Assembly (NCBI GenBank): GCA_030704615.1
Contig: CM060734.1
Location: 47,368,001-47,432,000, forward strand
DNA: 64,000 nucleotides
Direction: 5' to 3'
Origin: Takakia lepidozioides
Taxonomy: Eukaryota; Plantae; Bryophyta
Made by a program: the position numbers and the translations under genes. Shown here in pieces: positions 12,631-25,099 of the stretch (the stretch's first letter is position 1; each line of letters begins with the position of its first letter). The notes beneath the pieces were generated by a model. The model had not been told where the DNA came from. It did not search any database and saw nothing but the letters and a program-made list of their open reading frames with translations.

Positions 12631-13850
12631 GATTAAGATTCATGGACCTCTCGCTGGCTGGTAACTAGCTCCCAATCTGTGTCAGCATTGAGGTACACTA
12701 GGGACTCTTGGCTACTGCGGTCATGTTGTTGATTATCCTCGGCCCCTTCCAGCTCATTGCCCTCATGCTCATCTGGCTCCTCGACCACCACAAAGTAGTG
12801 GTGGTGATCATCTGTTGTGCTAGGCACGTTGCCCAATACCTATATTCCACTTGAAGGGCACTCAGTAAGTCGTCTACCTCTCCCTCAGCTGTATCTTTGT
12901 CTGTTGATTCTCGTCTGGTCTCCTTGGCATGGTCTACTATCCCCCCTCCTGAGAAGCATTCAAACGGTCCCATCTTTGCTACCATGGCTTCTGGATTCAA
13001 AGGCCAAATCCTCGAGACCTTGAATCCCTTGGCAATGTTGGTAGGGGTCAGTCATTTTTTCAATGCAAGGGAGACCCATTGGGCCAGGTCCTCTTTCAAA
13101 GTGGCTCTACCCTTATGTGTCATGGTCCAAACATCTTTATATTTCCTGAAGGCAGTCTTAAAGTGCTTGAACACTGCCACATCAAGGGGCTGAATGCCAT
13201 GGGAGTTGTGGGAAGGCAGTGTAATGACATCAAGTCCTACCGAGCTTGCTTGCTTGACAACACCTATGGTAACATGTGAGCTGTGACCATCTAGAATTAA
13301 TAAATGTCTGTTTGTGAAGTAATCTCATTGCCCATTGCCTTTGCTGATTCTAGAAAATGCGATGTCCACGTGTAACCAAATTGCAGTCATCCATGCCTTC
13401 CTTTGCATTGCCATTGTTGCCCGAGATTTATATTTGTAAATGTAATTGCGACGAAATCTTTTACCTTTGAATATATATAAGTTTGGGATCTAACGTCCTG
13501 CAACAGTCAGCCGGTGAGGACGCTCAGCCACTCTCTCTGGTCTGGTGTTATGGAATGGAAGATTTTGTCCGGTCTTGGCCAGCACAACAGCACCTCCGTT
13601 TCGCCCAGCCTGGGCCCCTGACTCGTCGCAATTTCAGATTCGTGTTGGTCCATAGTTGTGCTTTTCATGTGTGAAAGGCACTGTGACTCTCTTTTGCGTA
13701 CCTTCAGCCACCTTTAAACGTAGTTGAGTCATTATCAAGGGATGTCCGATATCCTGCATTTTTTCAATGTACTGGACCAACTCAGCTTTCTCATTTGCCG
13801 TTAATGTTCCCCTGCTACATCTCTTCCTACTAGTAGTAATGCTATAAATA
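12631..13850 (-). mobile_element. pogo-superfamily (DDE_1 / CENP-B-like) DD35D transposase remnant
   Basis: Minus-strand translation gives an HTH-like segment (LTANEKAELVQYIEKMQDIGHPL), NCDESG, YIFKGKR, KAWMT and LILDGHSSH...HGIQPLD, with 35 residues between the last two Asp. Frameshifted; no TIRs found. Confidence 0.85.
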
Positions 13851-16576
13851 GATGTCTGTATCTGGAAAGAACAAAGCTCCATGTCCGCCTCCGTGATGCT
13901 CAGCCTGTCAATAGCAGCTCTGCCCAACATCATGCTAGCTCCGAGTCCACAAGAACCGCAGTGGCCGGTACCTCTTGCCTGCCGTCCCACTCACACAGAA
14001 ATGTCATCCTGGTTGTCTAACATGACAACTCCGGGTGTCACCATGGCGCGCTCAATGGCTGGCCTAGCTGGCAGCTCCGCCAACCTGACAGCTGCAACTT
14101 CCTTGCGCCTCCGTGGCAGTCTTGACCCTCACATCCTCGGATCCTTCTGCAACTACACCTCCCCTATCATCTCCATATAAGATGAGTAACATCTCCACTC
14201 TCTCAGAGTGTAGCAACCAGCCTTAACACCTCCGCTGGTCTTACCCCCGGCGTCGCAATCATGGTAGCCAGATATGGATCTGGCACACAGATGTGGCAGT
14301 CCCCAGCGCACCTAGCTCCGTAGCCTTGCAGCACTAGATATAGTGGTGTTGCCCGTGTATCTCTCCCCAATGGCATAGTAAACCCTCCGCCGCGGTAGTA
14401 ACAGTCGGGGCGAGAACTAGTGCCATGATGGCGTTCGCCTGTCTCCACCAAGGTGAATGACTGGTATCCTAGCCTGACGGCTTGCCTCCCCATGCTGTGG
14501 ATCCAACTCCACCTCTGCACCTCGTGGCTCAGGAACTCGTGCTGCTCCTCAAGTCACTGCTGCAGCCGACTCCACTTGCACTAGTGGTACCCCACCTATA
14601 GTGGTAGTGGTAGTGGCACCCCTCACTAGTGGTAGTGGTGGCCCGCACATAGTGGTAGTGGTGTTCCACCCATAGTGGTAGTGGCACTCCTTACTAGTGG
14701 TAGTGCTGCCCCGCACATGAATCCCATGTCTCCCATGTTTCCTCCCTCGGGAGCAGGAGGTGGACAATCCGGCCTTGGAGCCAGTACCACCTGAGCTGTG
14801 GCCATGACAGCGAGCCTCTGCTCTAGCTGCTGAAGCCGGTTGGCCATGCCTTGGTCAACACCCTGACCTCCACGTCCCTGGCTATGTTGAGCTTGCTCTT
14901 GGCCTGCACCTCGTGTCTGACCACCTCGTCCTCTCTAGGCTGCTCCACCTCGCCCCCGGCCACCATTGTTCCCTTGGAACTGGCCTGGGCGCAACTCAGG
15001 ATACAAACCATAGCACTGGGCTTCTCCATGCCCGTATTTGCCACAATGCCCACACTGCAACTGTGCAGGCTGTGCTTGTGCCAACCCATTGCCGCCCTCT
15101 GGGCAATCCTTCTTGACATGGGGTCCTCCACATGTCCAGCACACCACATCCGCTCGTTGTTGGTCTGCAAATGAAGGGAGAGACCCCTACATCTGAGGTC
15201 CTCTCTGTCCTTCCCTGGGCTTCATCTGAGCCCCCTTATTGCTTGAGCACGTTGGGATAGTGGGTGGCTAGGAGCACCACTACCCCGTGGTGTCTCCTTA
15301 GCAAATCCCACCATGATCATTCCACCATATTGAGCTCTATCTGCTCTGCCAGCAAAAACACATTTGCTAAGGTGGGTTGGGCCGCTTGTAGGAGAGTTGC
15401 ATCCCGCACCCTTCTCCTCAGCTCTTGTCCAATATCCCATACCAGAATTGGACTGTCTGAGCTTCCGTAACCCCCTGGGTTACATTTATCAAGCGCCTCA
15501 TGCGAGTAAAAACCTCCCTCAAGCTCTCAGTAGGCTTCCTCTAGAACTCTTGCAAGCTCCTCAACTTATCTGTCCTCACCCCTTAGTAGTTCCTTCTCAA
15601 CTCTTCGAAGAACTCCACAACATGGTTAAAAGCAAACACAGGCACTGGTGCTGGTGCAGCAGTGGCTTGGGTGGACGTCTCAGTCCCTGTACCACTAATC
15701 CCACTGCTGCTTGTGGAAGCTGTCGGTGTGGCTGCTGCCCTTGTCCCTCTAGTGCCTCTAGTGATGGAGACATAGTCGGGTGACCAGTACATCCTCCACT
15801 CCTTGATCTCAACATCATGCCCTCGCCTAAACTTATGGTAATCATCCATGGGCGGCCCCTCAGTGCTGAAACAGCCCCTTCCATGCCATGAAAGACGTAA
15901 ACAGTTGTGGATTGCGCATTTGCTGCAAGTCACATCAACTATCAAACTCTTGGACAAAATCATCCAACTCGATGGTGCCTGCCCCAGAGTACCTACGTGG
16001 CCCCTTGGTGGCTCCATACATCTCCTCCATTGTGTCCCACAACAATGGTAAGGAAACAACTTGCACCGCCGGTGTGAGTCCTCAGATTCACAATCCGAAT
16101 CAGAACCTTCCGCAGAAGACACAGGAGGTGAAGGTGGCCTAAACCACACACCTCGTCTCGTGTAACCGCTAGTATCGCTAGTGCTCATACCGGCACTTTC
16201 CCCAGCAACTAGTGGCACCTCTGTGTTGACAAACTGACACTCAATCGGTCATGAACATGTCCCTAACCCCCTCTCCATAAGGTAACTGGGTAGAGAACCT
16301 GATGCGGCTTATGGTTTGGAATACTAGGTTCCTAACATAGCCTGCACCTGCACCTACATCCACCGCAAGCACTCCCATGGTTGGCTGGTCATCATCTCTA
16401 ACCTCACCACATGAGAAACAAAGATGGTCTGACTGGTCATCAACCCAGCCTCACCATAAACAACATGCTCTAGGGTTGGATTGGCGATCAAGCCCTAGTC
16501 AACCACCTATAAAAACAAGCGCCCACACAAAACTAGCATGGCGCACAATCAAGCATGCAGGTGTGGAGGGGATCCG
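13851..16576 (-). mobile_element. Family X copy 3 (leader, gag, knuckles, protease), truncated before the DNMT
   Basis: Reverse complement of ~6330-8975 with many indels; ORFs 15583-16218, 14935-15147 and 14626-14847; local tandem expansion at ~14580-14705; breaks at FQIQTS. Confidence 0.9.
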
Positions 16577-16709
16577 CTCCATTTTTGAACCTTCAGTGGA
16601 TGGCGTAGTTTCCTGAGGTGGTTCCATTATGAGGAATGGTTGGTGGACACAATGAGGCATTGGCGGACCCTGTGGAGGCTTGCATGGGGCCTTGGAGGCT
16701 AAGTTTCCT

Positions 16710-16960
16710 GAGCTTGTGGAGGGCGGTTTGAGGAGTGTCTACAGGATGCTCTCATGGTAATGCAAGTGAGAGAAGAGAGGAAAAAAATGGGTGTTGGGAT
16801 GAGAGCGTGTTGGGGATAGACATTGCTTTAGCTTCCTTTCCTCGTAGCTTTCCACCTTCTCTATAGGCCGAGACCTTTCCGTAGGTGGAGGCAAGAGTCA
16901 GTCCGGGTTTGGGCTGGGTTGAAAGAGCGACACTATGGAGAGATTTTTGGTGTGGGGGAG
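16710..16960 (+). repeat. Diverged fragment of the X leader
   Basis: Matches ~6050-6310, including the identical block agacctttccgtaggtggaggcaagagtcagtccgggtttgggctggg. Confidence 0.75.
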
Positions 16961-17164
16961 TTGCAACAACATTCTGTCCAAAGGAATTACCTGCAGGCTG
17001 GTCTCCCCTATAGTTAAAAACTGGACTGAAAAACCCCAAAAGATTACCTGCAGGGAGGTAACCTCCTTTGTAAAGATGCAACAGGGAGACAATTCTGACT
17101 TTTCTACCGGATCAGCTACTCAAAACCGTTGTTCTTCAGAGCCCAGCCTCCCCATCAAGGTCGC

Positions 17165-19030
17165 ATTATTTATTTATTTATTTTCCACTCTGTCTGTTCG
17201 CAGCCTTCCGTGGCTCTAACCGCCACGACTTCCCATGCTTCCTGGCCACGACCTACCGTAGGCACGAACTGGCCCCAAGCGCCTCCCGTGATACCTTCGT
17301 GGTATAACGACCACGACCCCTCAACGGCCACTACCACGGCCAGGGTTCGTGGCACCCCGTGGCACTACGACCACGATACGACCACGGCCCACGGTCCACG
17401 ACCACGACTAGGGCCCATGGTATCTCGTGATACCGGCACCACGGCCCATCACATCACGACCACGACCACTGTTCACCTGCATTCCCAAGAACTCGCCACG
17501 AGTTCCCACGTGTTCCTAAGGTGTTCCCGGGCGTTCCTACGCGTTCCCGAGCTCTCCCCGAGCTAGGGTTTGCTTCTGCACCTGCTGTCGACGAGCTATG
17601 GCTTCTGCAAAGCCACCAGACGTGCTGCCATGCTCTCTTGGGCTCTCACGGCCCACCAGAGGCGCCCCAAACTCACCAAACAAGCTCTTGGCTCTCCAAC
17701 AAACTCTCTTGCTTCAGGAAACTCACAAAATGAAGCTGAAAAATACACACCTTTACCACCTTGGTGCACTTGCATCTCTCATGCATATTCTCTGGCTCTA
17801 TTCCCTGGCTCTAGGGTGCCTCGCTGCTGCCCTTCTAGCCCCGCTCTTTCCACTTCAAGAGCCCTTACACTGCTGAGTTTCAGATTGAAACTCCAACTTA
17901 GCACATGTTTTACAAGTGCACTGATTTGCACACAAGAGGGACCAGCCCCCTCTCTTCACTCATACCTCTTCATGAGCTTGGAGCTGGAGCTCCCAACAAG
18001 CTGCGATGCATCCCCTCGCAGCTCCAATATTCGGCTGCTCCTCATCCACCCGCAACAATTAGTTTCGGGCATAAATACCAGGAGTTGATCATATTATCTC
18101 CAACCTGCAACACGCTAGCATGCGCAGCCCACATTCCTGCAGCTCATTAACTCGGCCTGCAGCTGAAGAAGACGACCACCAGTTCGCCCACTCGTGGTCA
18201 ACATCTTCTCCGTTTCACAATAGAAACCCAAACTTGGTTGCCATAGCATTGAGCTATGCAACACTGACCGCCTCTCTATCCATTGCAAACCTGCAACCTG
18301 TTCGCCTTGCACTCTATCCGCTTTGGATAGGCTCATGCACTGATCCCTACACTCTAGGCTGAACCGCTTATCATGATCTGAAAACACAAGTGCTACAACT
18401 AACTCGAACCTCGCACTCACAGACTCGAGCTGATCTTTCTCAAGTGATAAAGAAAGAACGATACAAGCACACAAGCTTTCTCAAACTCACGCACTTGCAT
18501 ATGAAACATCACTCATATATTAAGTCGAGCCAAGTGCACCCCACGCCATGGGGAATCCACACTACGGCGCCATAGCTAGACGCGGTGAGGCTCAACTCAA
18601 GAAAGATAAACCCACCGCGATCTGCCGTGAAGATAGGACTCTCAGCAAGATCACTGGGTGTATGTAGCGATGACATCGGCGAGGGCAGCAAAGGCGTGAG
18701 TAGAACCCGTGAGCAGATTCCATTATCCGTGAGCAGATTCCCCCAAGCGTGAGCAGATTATTGATGCGGCCCTAAAAGCGAGGGAACGAGTGGGCCTATT
18801 GCCGTGGACACAAACTCCACTGTAACGACGCAATCTTCTCTCCATCAAACGAAGACAAACAGGCTCCATGACGACAATGTGACACGAATGTGCGATGAAA
18901 AACTGACGGATGAATATATCTCTGATGAATGTAAAAGGGAATGGATGAACATTGGATGAGTGTCGGATGAAAAATTGCTTAGATGAGTGAACCATGGATG
19001 ACTGCAACAACATGTATCCTTACCGATCAG
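17165..19030 (-). repeat. Diverged relative of the X 5' non-coding region (left arm of an inverted pair)
   Basis: 17830-18365 is the reverse complement of ~47070-47430; 17165-17780 is inverted relative to 21940-22590. Confidence 0.7.
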
Positions 19031-19109
19031 CATGTGCGCAGGGATCCATGTGTTGTTGAGTCTAAATAAGTGTATTTTAATTTGGCGGAAGCTTCATTCC
19101 GGCCCAGAA

Positions 19110-20790
19110 GACTAGCCAAATCAAGCTGGCGTCAACGCCACCTTCATCTGGCACATTCAGAGGGGAAAAAATAATAAATAATAAAAATATCATTTTTTAT
19201 TTTTTGGAAAACTTGCAAATGAACCCAACCTCTGCTTTGCAGGCAAAAGACACGACGTTTACCCAACATGGATTTCTGGTCACCTGAAAGAAGGACATGA
19301 CAACGAATCATAAGCCGAGCAATTTGTAGATGCCATTCACCCCAAATAGCACACCAGAAGACCAGCCAGATTAAGGGGAAAAATAAAATAATAATACATA
19401 ATAAATACTAAATATTAAAAAAAACTTTTTTTGTTTCTTTTGTTTTTTGGAAAACCTGCAAATAAACCCAACCCCTGCTTTGCAAGCAAAAGCCCCGGCG
19501 TTTACCCAACATGGATTTCTGGTCACCTGGAAGAAGGACATGACAACGAATCATAAGTTATATGGTCCGAGCAATTTGTAGATGCCATTCACCCCAAATA
19601 GCACACCAAAAAACCAGCCAGATTAAGGTGTCGTTGACGACACCTTAACCCTTAAGTTCCCAAGCCTTTTTTTGACTTTTTACCAATTTTGGGTACCCAG
19701 CTGCAGTAAATAACCCTTAGAAACCTACCGAAAATCATCCAGAGATTCCAGCCTTATCGCAATGGGCCCAGCTCATTTATGCATGACATACCAAAAAATG
19801 AGCCAGTGGAAATTGTGAGATTATAGCGTTGGCCCGGACCTCAAATATCAGGTCCCAAAGAAAAAGTGAGAAAGAAATTGGTTTGACCAAATCAAAACCT
19901 AGCTTTATCCAATTTTGCTTGCCCCAAGACCCACCATTTCCAAATCAATAGTGGAGTGGCTATGACCCCACTAAATTGCAGGTCCAAATGATTTTTTCAC
20001 CTATGGTTGCTATGCATGCAATTACATGGGGGTTGAAATCTCAAAATTGACAAGAGAAAATGTGCCTCCAAATGAAGTACTTTTTTTCTACAAATTTCTT
20101 AAAAGCCAATGGTGGATGTGTGTATGTAATGCTCACATACCACAAGGTGAAGTATTTTTTCCAAAATTGCTAATTTTCTGCCAAAAATGGCCTTTGGAGT
20201 GCAAACTGTTTTGGGCTTGTTTACCTGCCACGTCAGCGGTAAACAACCCTTTTCAGGCCCCAAAACGTAAATGAGAGATCTAAGATATTTTTTGTAGGTC
20301 GTAGCTTTAAGTTCAGGAGTGGGCCCCATCAGATTAGATCTGCAAAAATTAGGTCCAACTGCAAATTGAAAGTGACCCGATTCAGGTCACTTGGGAACTT
20401 AAGGGTTAATCTGGCACATTCGGGGAAAAATATAATAAAATAATAACTTTTTTTTTTTTTTTTTTTTTGGGAAAGCTTGCAAATGAACCCAACCCCTACT
20501 TTGCAAGCAAAAGACTCGGCGTTTACCCAGCATGGATTTTTGGTCACATGGAAGAAGGATATGACAATGGATCATAAGTTATGTGGTACGAGCAATTTGT
20601 AGATGCCATTCACCCCAAATCGTTGACGAACTTGCAAATGAACCCAACCCCTGCTTTGCAAGCAAAAGACTTGGCGTTTACCCAACATGGATTTTTGGTC
20701 ACATGGAATAAAGACATGACAACAAATCATAAGTTATGTTGTCCGAACAATTTGTAGATGCCATTCACCCTAGATAGCACACCAGAGACG
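19110..20790 (+). repeat. Tandem array of four ~150-240-bp units, interrupted by a MITE
   Basis: Core ttgcaaatgaacccaacc...gtttacccaacatggattt...caatttgtagatgccattcaccc at ~19210, ~19455, ~20475 and ~20630. Confidence 0.85.
19649..20405. mobile_element. 757-bp non-autonomous DNA transposon (piggyBac-like MITE)
   Basis: Perfect 16-bp TIRs CCCTTAAGTTCCCAAG / CTTGGGAACTTAAGGG, flanked by TTAA at 19645-19648 and 20406-20409. Excision restores ccttaatctggcacattc, matching the uninterrupted paralogous unit ccttcatctggcacattc at 19141. Confidence 0.85.
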
Positions 20791-21129
20791 TTACAGATGT
20801 CATGTTATGCGGAGGCTGCAACTTGCAAATTTAGTCTCCTCTCTTCTCTCCCTCCTGTGATTTACGACAGAGAGGATTTTGTGCAGAGCAAGGCTAGTGT
20901 CTTCATAGACAGTCCTGCCTTCATTTTGGACTCCGACTCCAGTAGCAATGGATATTCTTCGTCGGAATGAATCGGCTGTTTTCAAACGACCTCTCCACCT
21001 TCTTTGCAATTGGGTGTCAGCATCTCTGTCGACTTAGGATACCTAGTGAAAGGACAACCACAACCCTTTGCAGTTGGCAGATGTTCACTCTGGAGCTCGG
21101 GGGATTTACTCAAAAATGTTGTATTCAAC

Positions 21130-22587
21130 CACAAACTACATTCATCCATGTGCCATTCGTCCAACATACATTCATCGCCCATTCATCCATCATTCATCCA
21201 TAACGATGAATTGGTATGCATGTTATACTGGACACTACCCGCAGTAATAGGTCCTCTAAGCCGAATAGGTATCCGCGGTTATAGGTGAGCACATCCAGAA
21301 GCATGAGCAGAATTCTGCTCACGGATTCTGCTCACGGTTTAGCAATCCCCCGACGTCGGCAAGGCTGTTAACAAAATGAAGCTGAACATGCAGACTCTCC
21401 CCTTCACGGCTAACAGCGCACCTAGAGACAGACACAAGAGACGCCATAACACGATGCGTAAGCAAGATTAGCAAGCAAGCATAGAGAAAACACGGCAGTA
21501 AGCAAATACACATCAAGGTGGCGAGCCGCCATCCTTATGAAGCGCTGTTGAGCACCAAAAGAGCAACCTTAGTACGACGCATCAGTTTATAATGGAAAGA
21601 AAACGACGTTTGTGCTTAACGCGGGTCCACCATAAAACAAGCGTGAGAGAATAATCTCATATCTTCACAAAGTACTTGACAAACGACAGGGGCGAAGCAA
21701 AGAAGAGCATGCAAGTATGCAAGAGCAGGATCTTCACACTACAACTGACAAGATTCCTGACACGTACAAAGTTCTCACACCTTTACACATACGTTTCACC
21801 AGAGTATACAAAGTTGCCCAAACCCTTGTCAGGCCGCCGTTTATACTGCAAACCCTAGGTGCCTGCTGCATGCCACGTGGCAAGGCGCTAGAGGCCAGCC
21901 ACGTGGCGCCTCTTTTTTGCCATAGATTAATCGGACGGGCGTGAGAAGTGCAAGTACACAAAGGCTAGAAATGTGTGTGATTTTAGACTCGTTCTTGGGA
22001 GTTTCATGGAGAGAGGGAGCTTGTTGTGTAGCTTCCAGCTTGCATGATGAGTTAGGGGCCCTTTTGGTGGTTCATAGCAGCCCAAGAGAACAGGGTGACA
22101 GATCTGCTGGCTTCACAGAAGCCATAGCTTGTCGGCAGCAGGTGCAGAGGCAGGGCACCGCAAACCCCGGCTCGGAAACGTTCGGGAACACTTGGGAACT
22201 CTCCGAAAATGCATGGGAACTCTCTGGGAACACATGGGAACCATGGCCAGTTCGTGCTCGATACCACGGAGTATCACGGGTGTAGGCCGGGGCTAGTTCG
22301 TGCTTGTGATGGGTCGTGGCGTGTGATACCACGGAATATCACGGGTGCAGGCTGGGGCCAGTTCGTGGTCGTGGAAGGTAGTGGTGCCACGGACCTAGGC
22401 CGTGACAGTGGCCGTTGGAGGTCGTGGTCGAGGGACGGGCCGTGGCTGGCTTGTGGTCGTTAGGGGTCGTGGTCTTGATACCACGGGAGCGGCCCGTGGT
22501 TGGTGCGGGCCTATGGCGGGCCGTGGCCAAGAAACCTGAGTTGTCGTGGTGCCACGGAGTAGCAATGTGAGTGAAAATAAATAAATG

Positions 22588-22590
<3 letters not shown>
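21130..22590 (+). repeat. Diverged relative of the X 5' non-coding region (right arm of the inverted pair)
   Basis: 22010-22130 is similar to 48065-48190; inverted similarity to 17165-17780 and 18710-19000. Confidence 0.65.

Positions 22591-22623
<33 letters not shown>
22588..22623 (+). repeat. (ATA)n microsatellite
   Basis: About 12 perfect trinucleotide units. Confidence 0.95.
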
Positions 22624-22624
<1 letters not shown>

Positions 22625-25030
22625 CTAGAGACTGGGGTGTATTTATTAAGGGCCTAGGGGGTTTTTTTGACATATAGGGCAATTCCCCTATGGTTCCCTC
22701 ACCATGGAAATAGTTTTGGGCAAGATGAAGGGGTCGTGAAGGCCCATTCTCTCATAGCTTTTATTTTACCTATTTCATCCGTTAGCTATATTCATTCATC
22801 CCTAGTATTTTTTCGCTGATTGTACCGTTGGTTTCGTTACAATCATACCTCGGACTCAGGTTAGTTTAGAGCTGGCTTCATCAAACCTCCTTAGAGCTGG
22901 ACTGTCATTTCATCCAGCGGATGAAAAATGCCTCCCATCATCATCCATCCAAAAAAGATCCGCTTCAAGGACACATAGTCACCCCCACGTCTCTCTCCCT
23001 TGAAACCCCAAATATCCTTAGCTCAAATCTATGGACTTTCCTCCCTCTAATCTTTACCGAGGTGTCTCGTGTTGCCCCGGAAAGCCGTATCGGCTCCTTG
23101 ATGCCTTCTATGGCTCTAAACGACGGCCTCCAAACCCTCAAAGAGCCTTCCAAAAATCCATCCTAGCCACTATAATGGCCTGAGCTTAACCCATTCTAAC
23201 CCACTAAGCTATATTAATCACCCAAAATGATTTAAAGTTGTCACCCACCTAAACCAGCAACCGCAGGGTAATAGCGAATTATAATATTATATCAACGGAC
23301 CGGAGGTCGCCTAGGCTGACGTGGCCCCGCTGTTGCAGCGCGATTTGTCCACCGCGGGGTCCAGTCAGCGGTCAAAGGGTCAACAGCCAGCGGTCCCAGC
23401 AAGGGACCGCGGGTTAAAAACCCAAAAAAATTAAATTTATCCAAAACTGCGCGGCAGCTGAAAAGATCGCGGACTACTCCAAGCTGGTGAACGCTTTTGT
23501 TCGCCTCCCCCCATAGTTTAGCCAAAGTATGGCTATTCCAATAATGGCAATCCAGCCTTCATTAAACCTGCAATTTAATTATGTCATCCATGCATATCCA
23601 CCATCCCTCCATGGGGTTTAACCCCGTCATGGATTAGCAAAAATAAACAAAACATACCCCAATGGGGTTGGTTCCCCATACTCCAAAGGAGTTGTGGGGA
23701 CCATATCTTAAGACTTTGCAAAAATCCAGAGGCAAATTTAAGAGAAAAAAATAACTTGGAAAATTTTCCTACCCACTAACCTCCCACTCTCTCTCTCTCT
23801 CTCCTATGGGGGGGTTTGGTTAGTCAAGTAGGTAACCAAGCATGGAACCTAGTTGGTCTAGGCCCTTATCCTTTCCACTTGCAACAAAAAAAAACTAGAC
23901 ACAAAACAAGACTTGAAGCTTGAATCTACACTAACCCTTGCATAGTTAGTCATCAAATCAAAGACTTTACACTAAGTTGCTTCAAGCAAAGTTTGGTTAT
24001 CTCCTCAAGCTCCTGAGCAACTAAACTAACAAGCCAAAAAACTAGAAGCGAAGTGGTGAGCAAGCTCACCTCCTAAGCCCTATATACTAGAAATACTATA
24101 AAAAAGGATTGGATGGTATATCCCAAATCCTTGGATGAAGAAAGATTTCAACACTTCTTGGTTGGTACTTCTTGGTTGGTAGGTGTCATATTTCATCCAA
24201 CCAGCTGTCCTAGGCGCTCTTCGATTTTTTAGGCCCAAACATCTACTCCATTTAAATTCTTGTGGCCACGAACGCTCGAAAACTCCACAAATAGTGAATT
24301 GTTGTAAATCTCTTTCAAAATTCTTGAAACTTGGCCACAAATTTCCTTGGGGTGGTCCTATGAAAGTGAGGGAGACAATGATGTGGCCCGGAAAATGTCG
24401 CCTGATTCCGTGCCAACTCCCGCAAGCTTTTGCTTGACTTGGAGTTGCAGGTTGGGAAAATCATAGAAACCTCCATCCTACATGCAATTTTGCTCCAATT
24501 TGTGTAATTTTAGGCAGTGTACTCTGAATGTTGGCAATGCATTCCACAATTTCAATTTGGCCCAAAATTTGAAGTCACCATGGGACCTCTACCATTTGTT
24601 TTTGAAAATTATCAATTCTTAGCCCTTCCCCATTCACATTCAACGCACCCCCCCTAATTCTTGGAGATTTGACCTGAAATCTGGAGAGATGTGACCTTGC
24701 AACGAAATATGGAGGGCATTCACCGAACCAATTTTTGTAACATTGGCTTAGGGCTTGGTCAAACTTGAATTTGAGATCCATTTTCTGCATTTTGCACAAA
24801 ATGGACTATTTTCTTTTGTTATAATATGTCAAATGGAACGGTGGAATCTGCCAAGATTTGGGGTGCCTATGATGCATGTAGTAAGTAGGGATGAGTTTCA
24901 ACGGTTCATCCCTTGGGATGAAAGAGGGTAAGCAGATACAGGTCAGGGTAGCCCAGGTTTTCCAAAAACACCAAAACAGCTCTTGTCGTTTAAAGGTTAA
25001 ACCTTTCTCTATATCTTGCATGATGGCCCC

Positions 25031-25099
25031 TTGGCTACCCTCAGGAAAGATATGCACCAAGCCCCCCTTCTCCAGTTTTGACAATGCTATGTCTAAGCC
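25031..25099 (-). pseudogene. Tafazzin-like acyltransferase fragment
   Basis: GLDIALSKLEKGGLVHIFPEGSQ resembles the plant tafazzin block GMD.A.SKLN.GGWVHIFPEG; no other exons recognised nearby. Confidence 0.5.

Noticed and set aside
19110-20790. Tandem array as a CRISPR array
   Set aside because: Units are 150-240 bp with no unique spacers, in a eukaryotic context.
21872-21908. Paired G-box palindromes GCCACGTGGC
   Set aside because: They lie inside repeat-derived DNA far from any gene start; no evidence of function.
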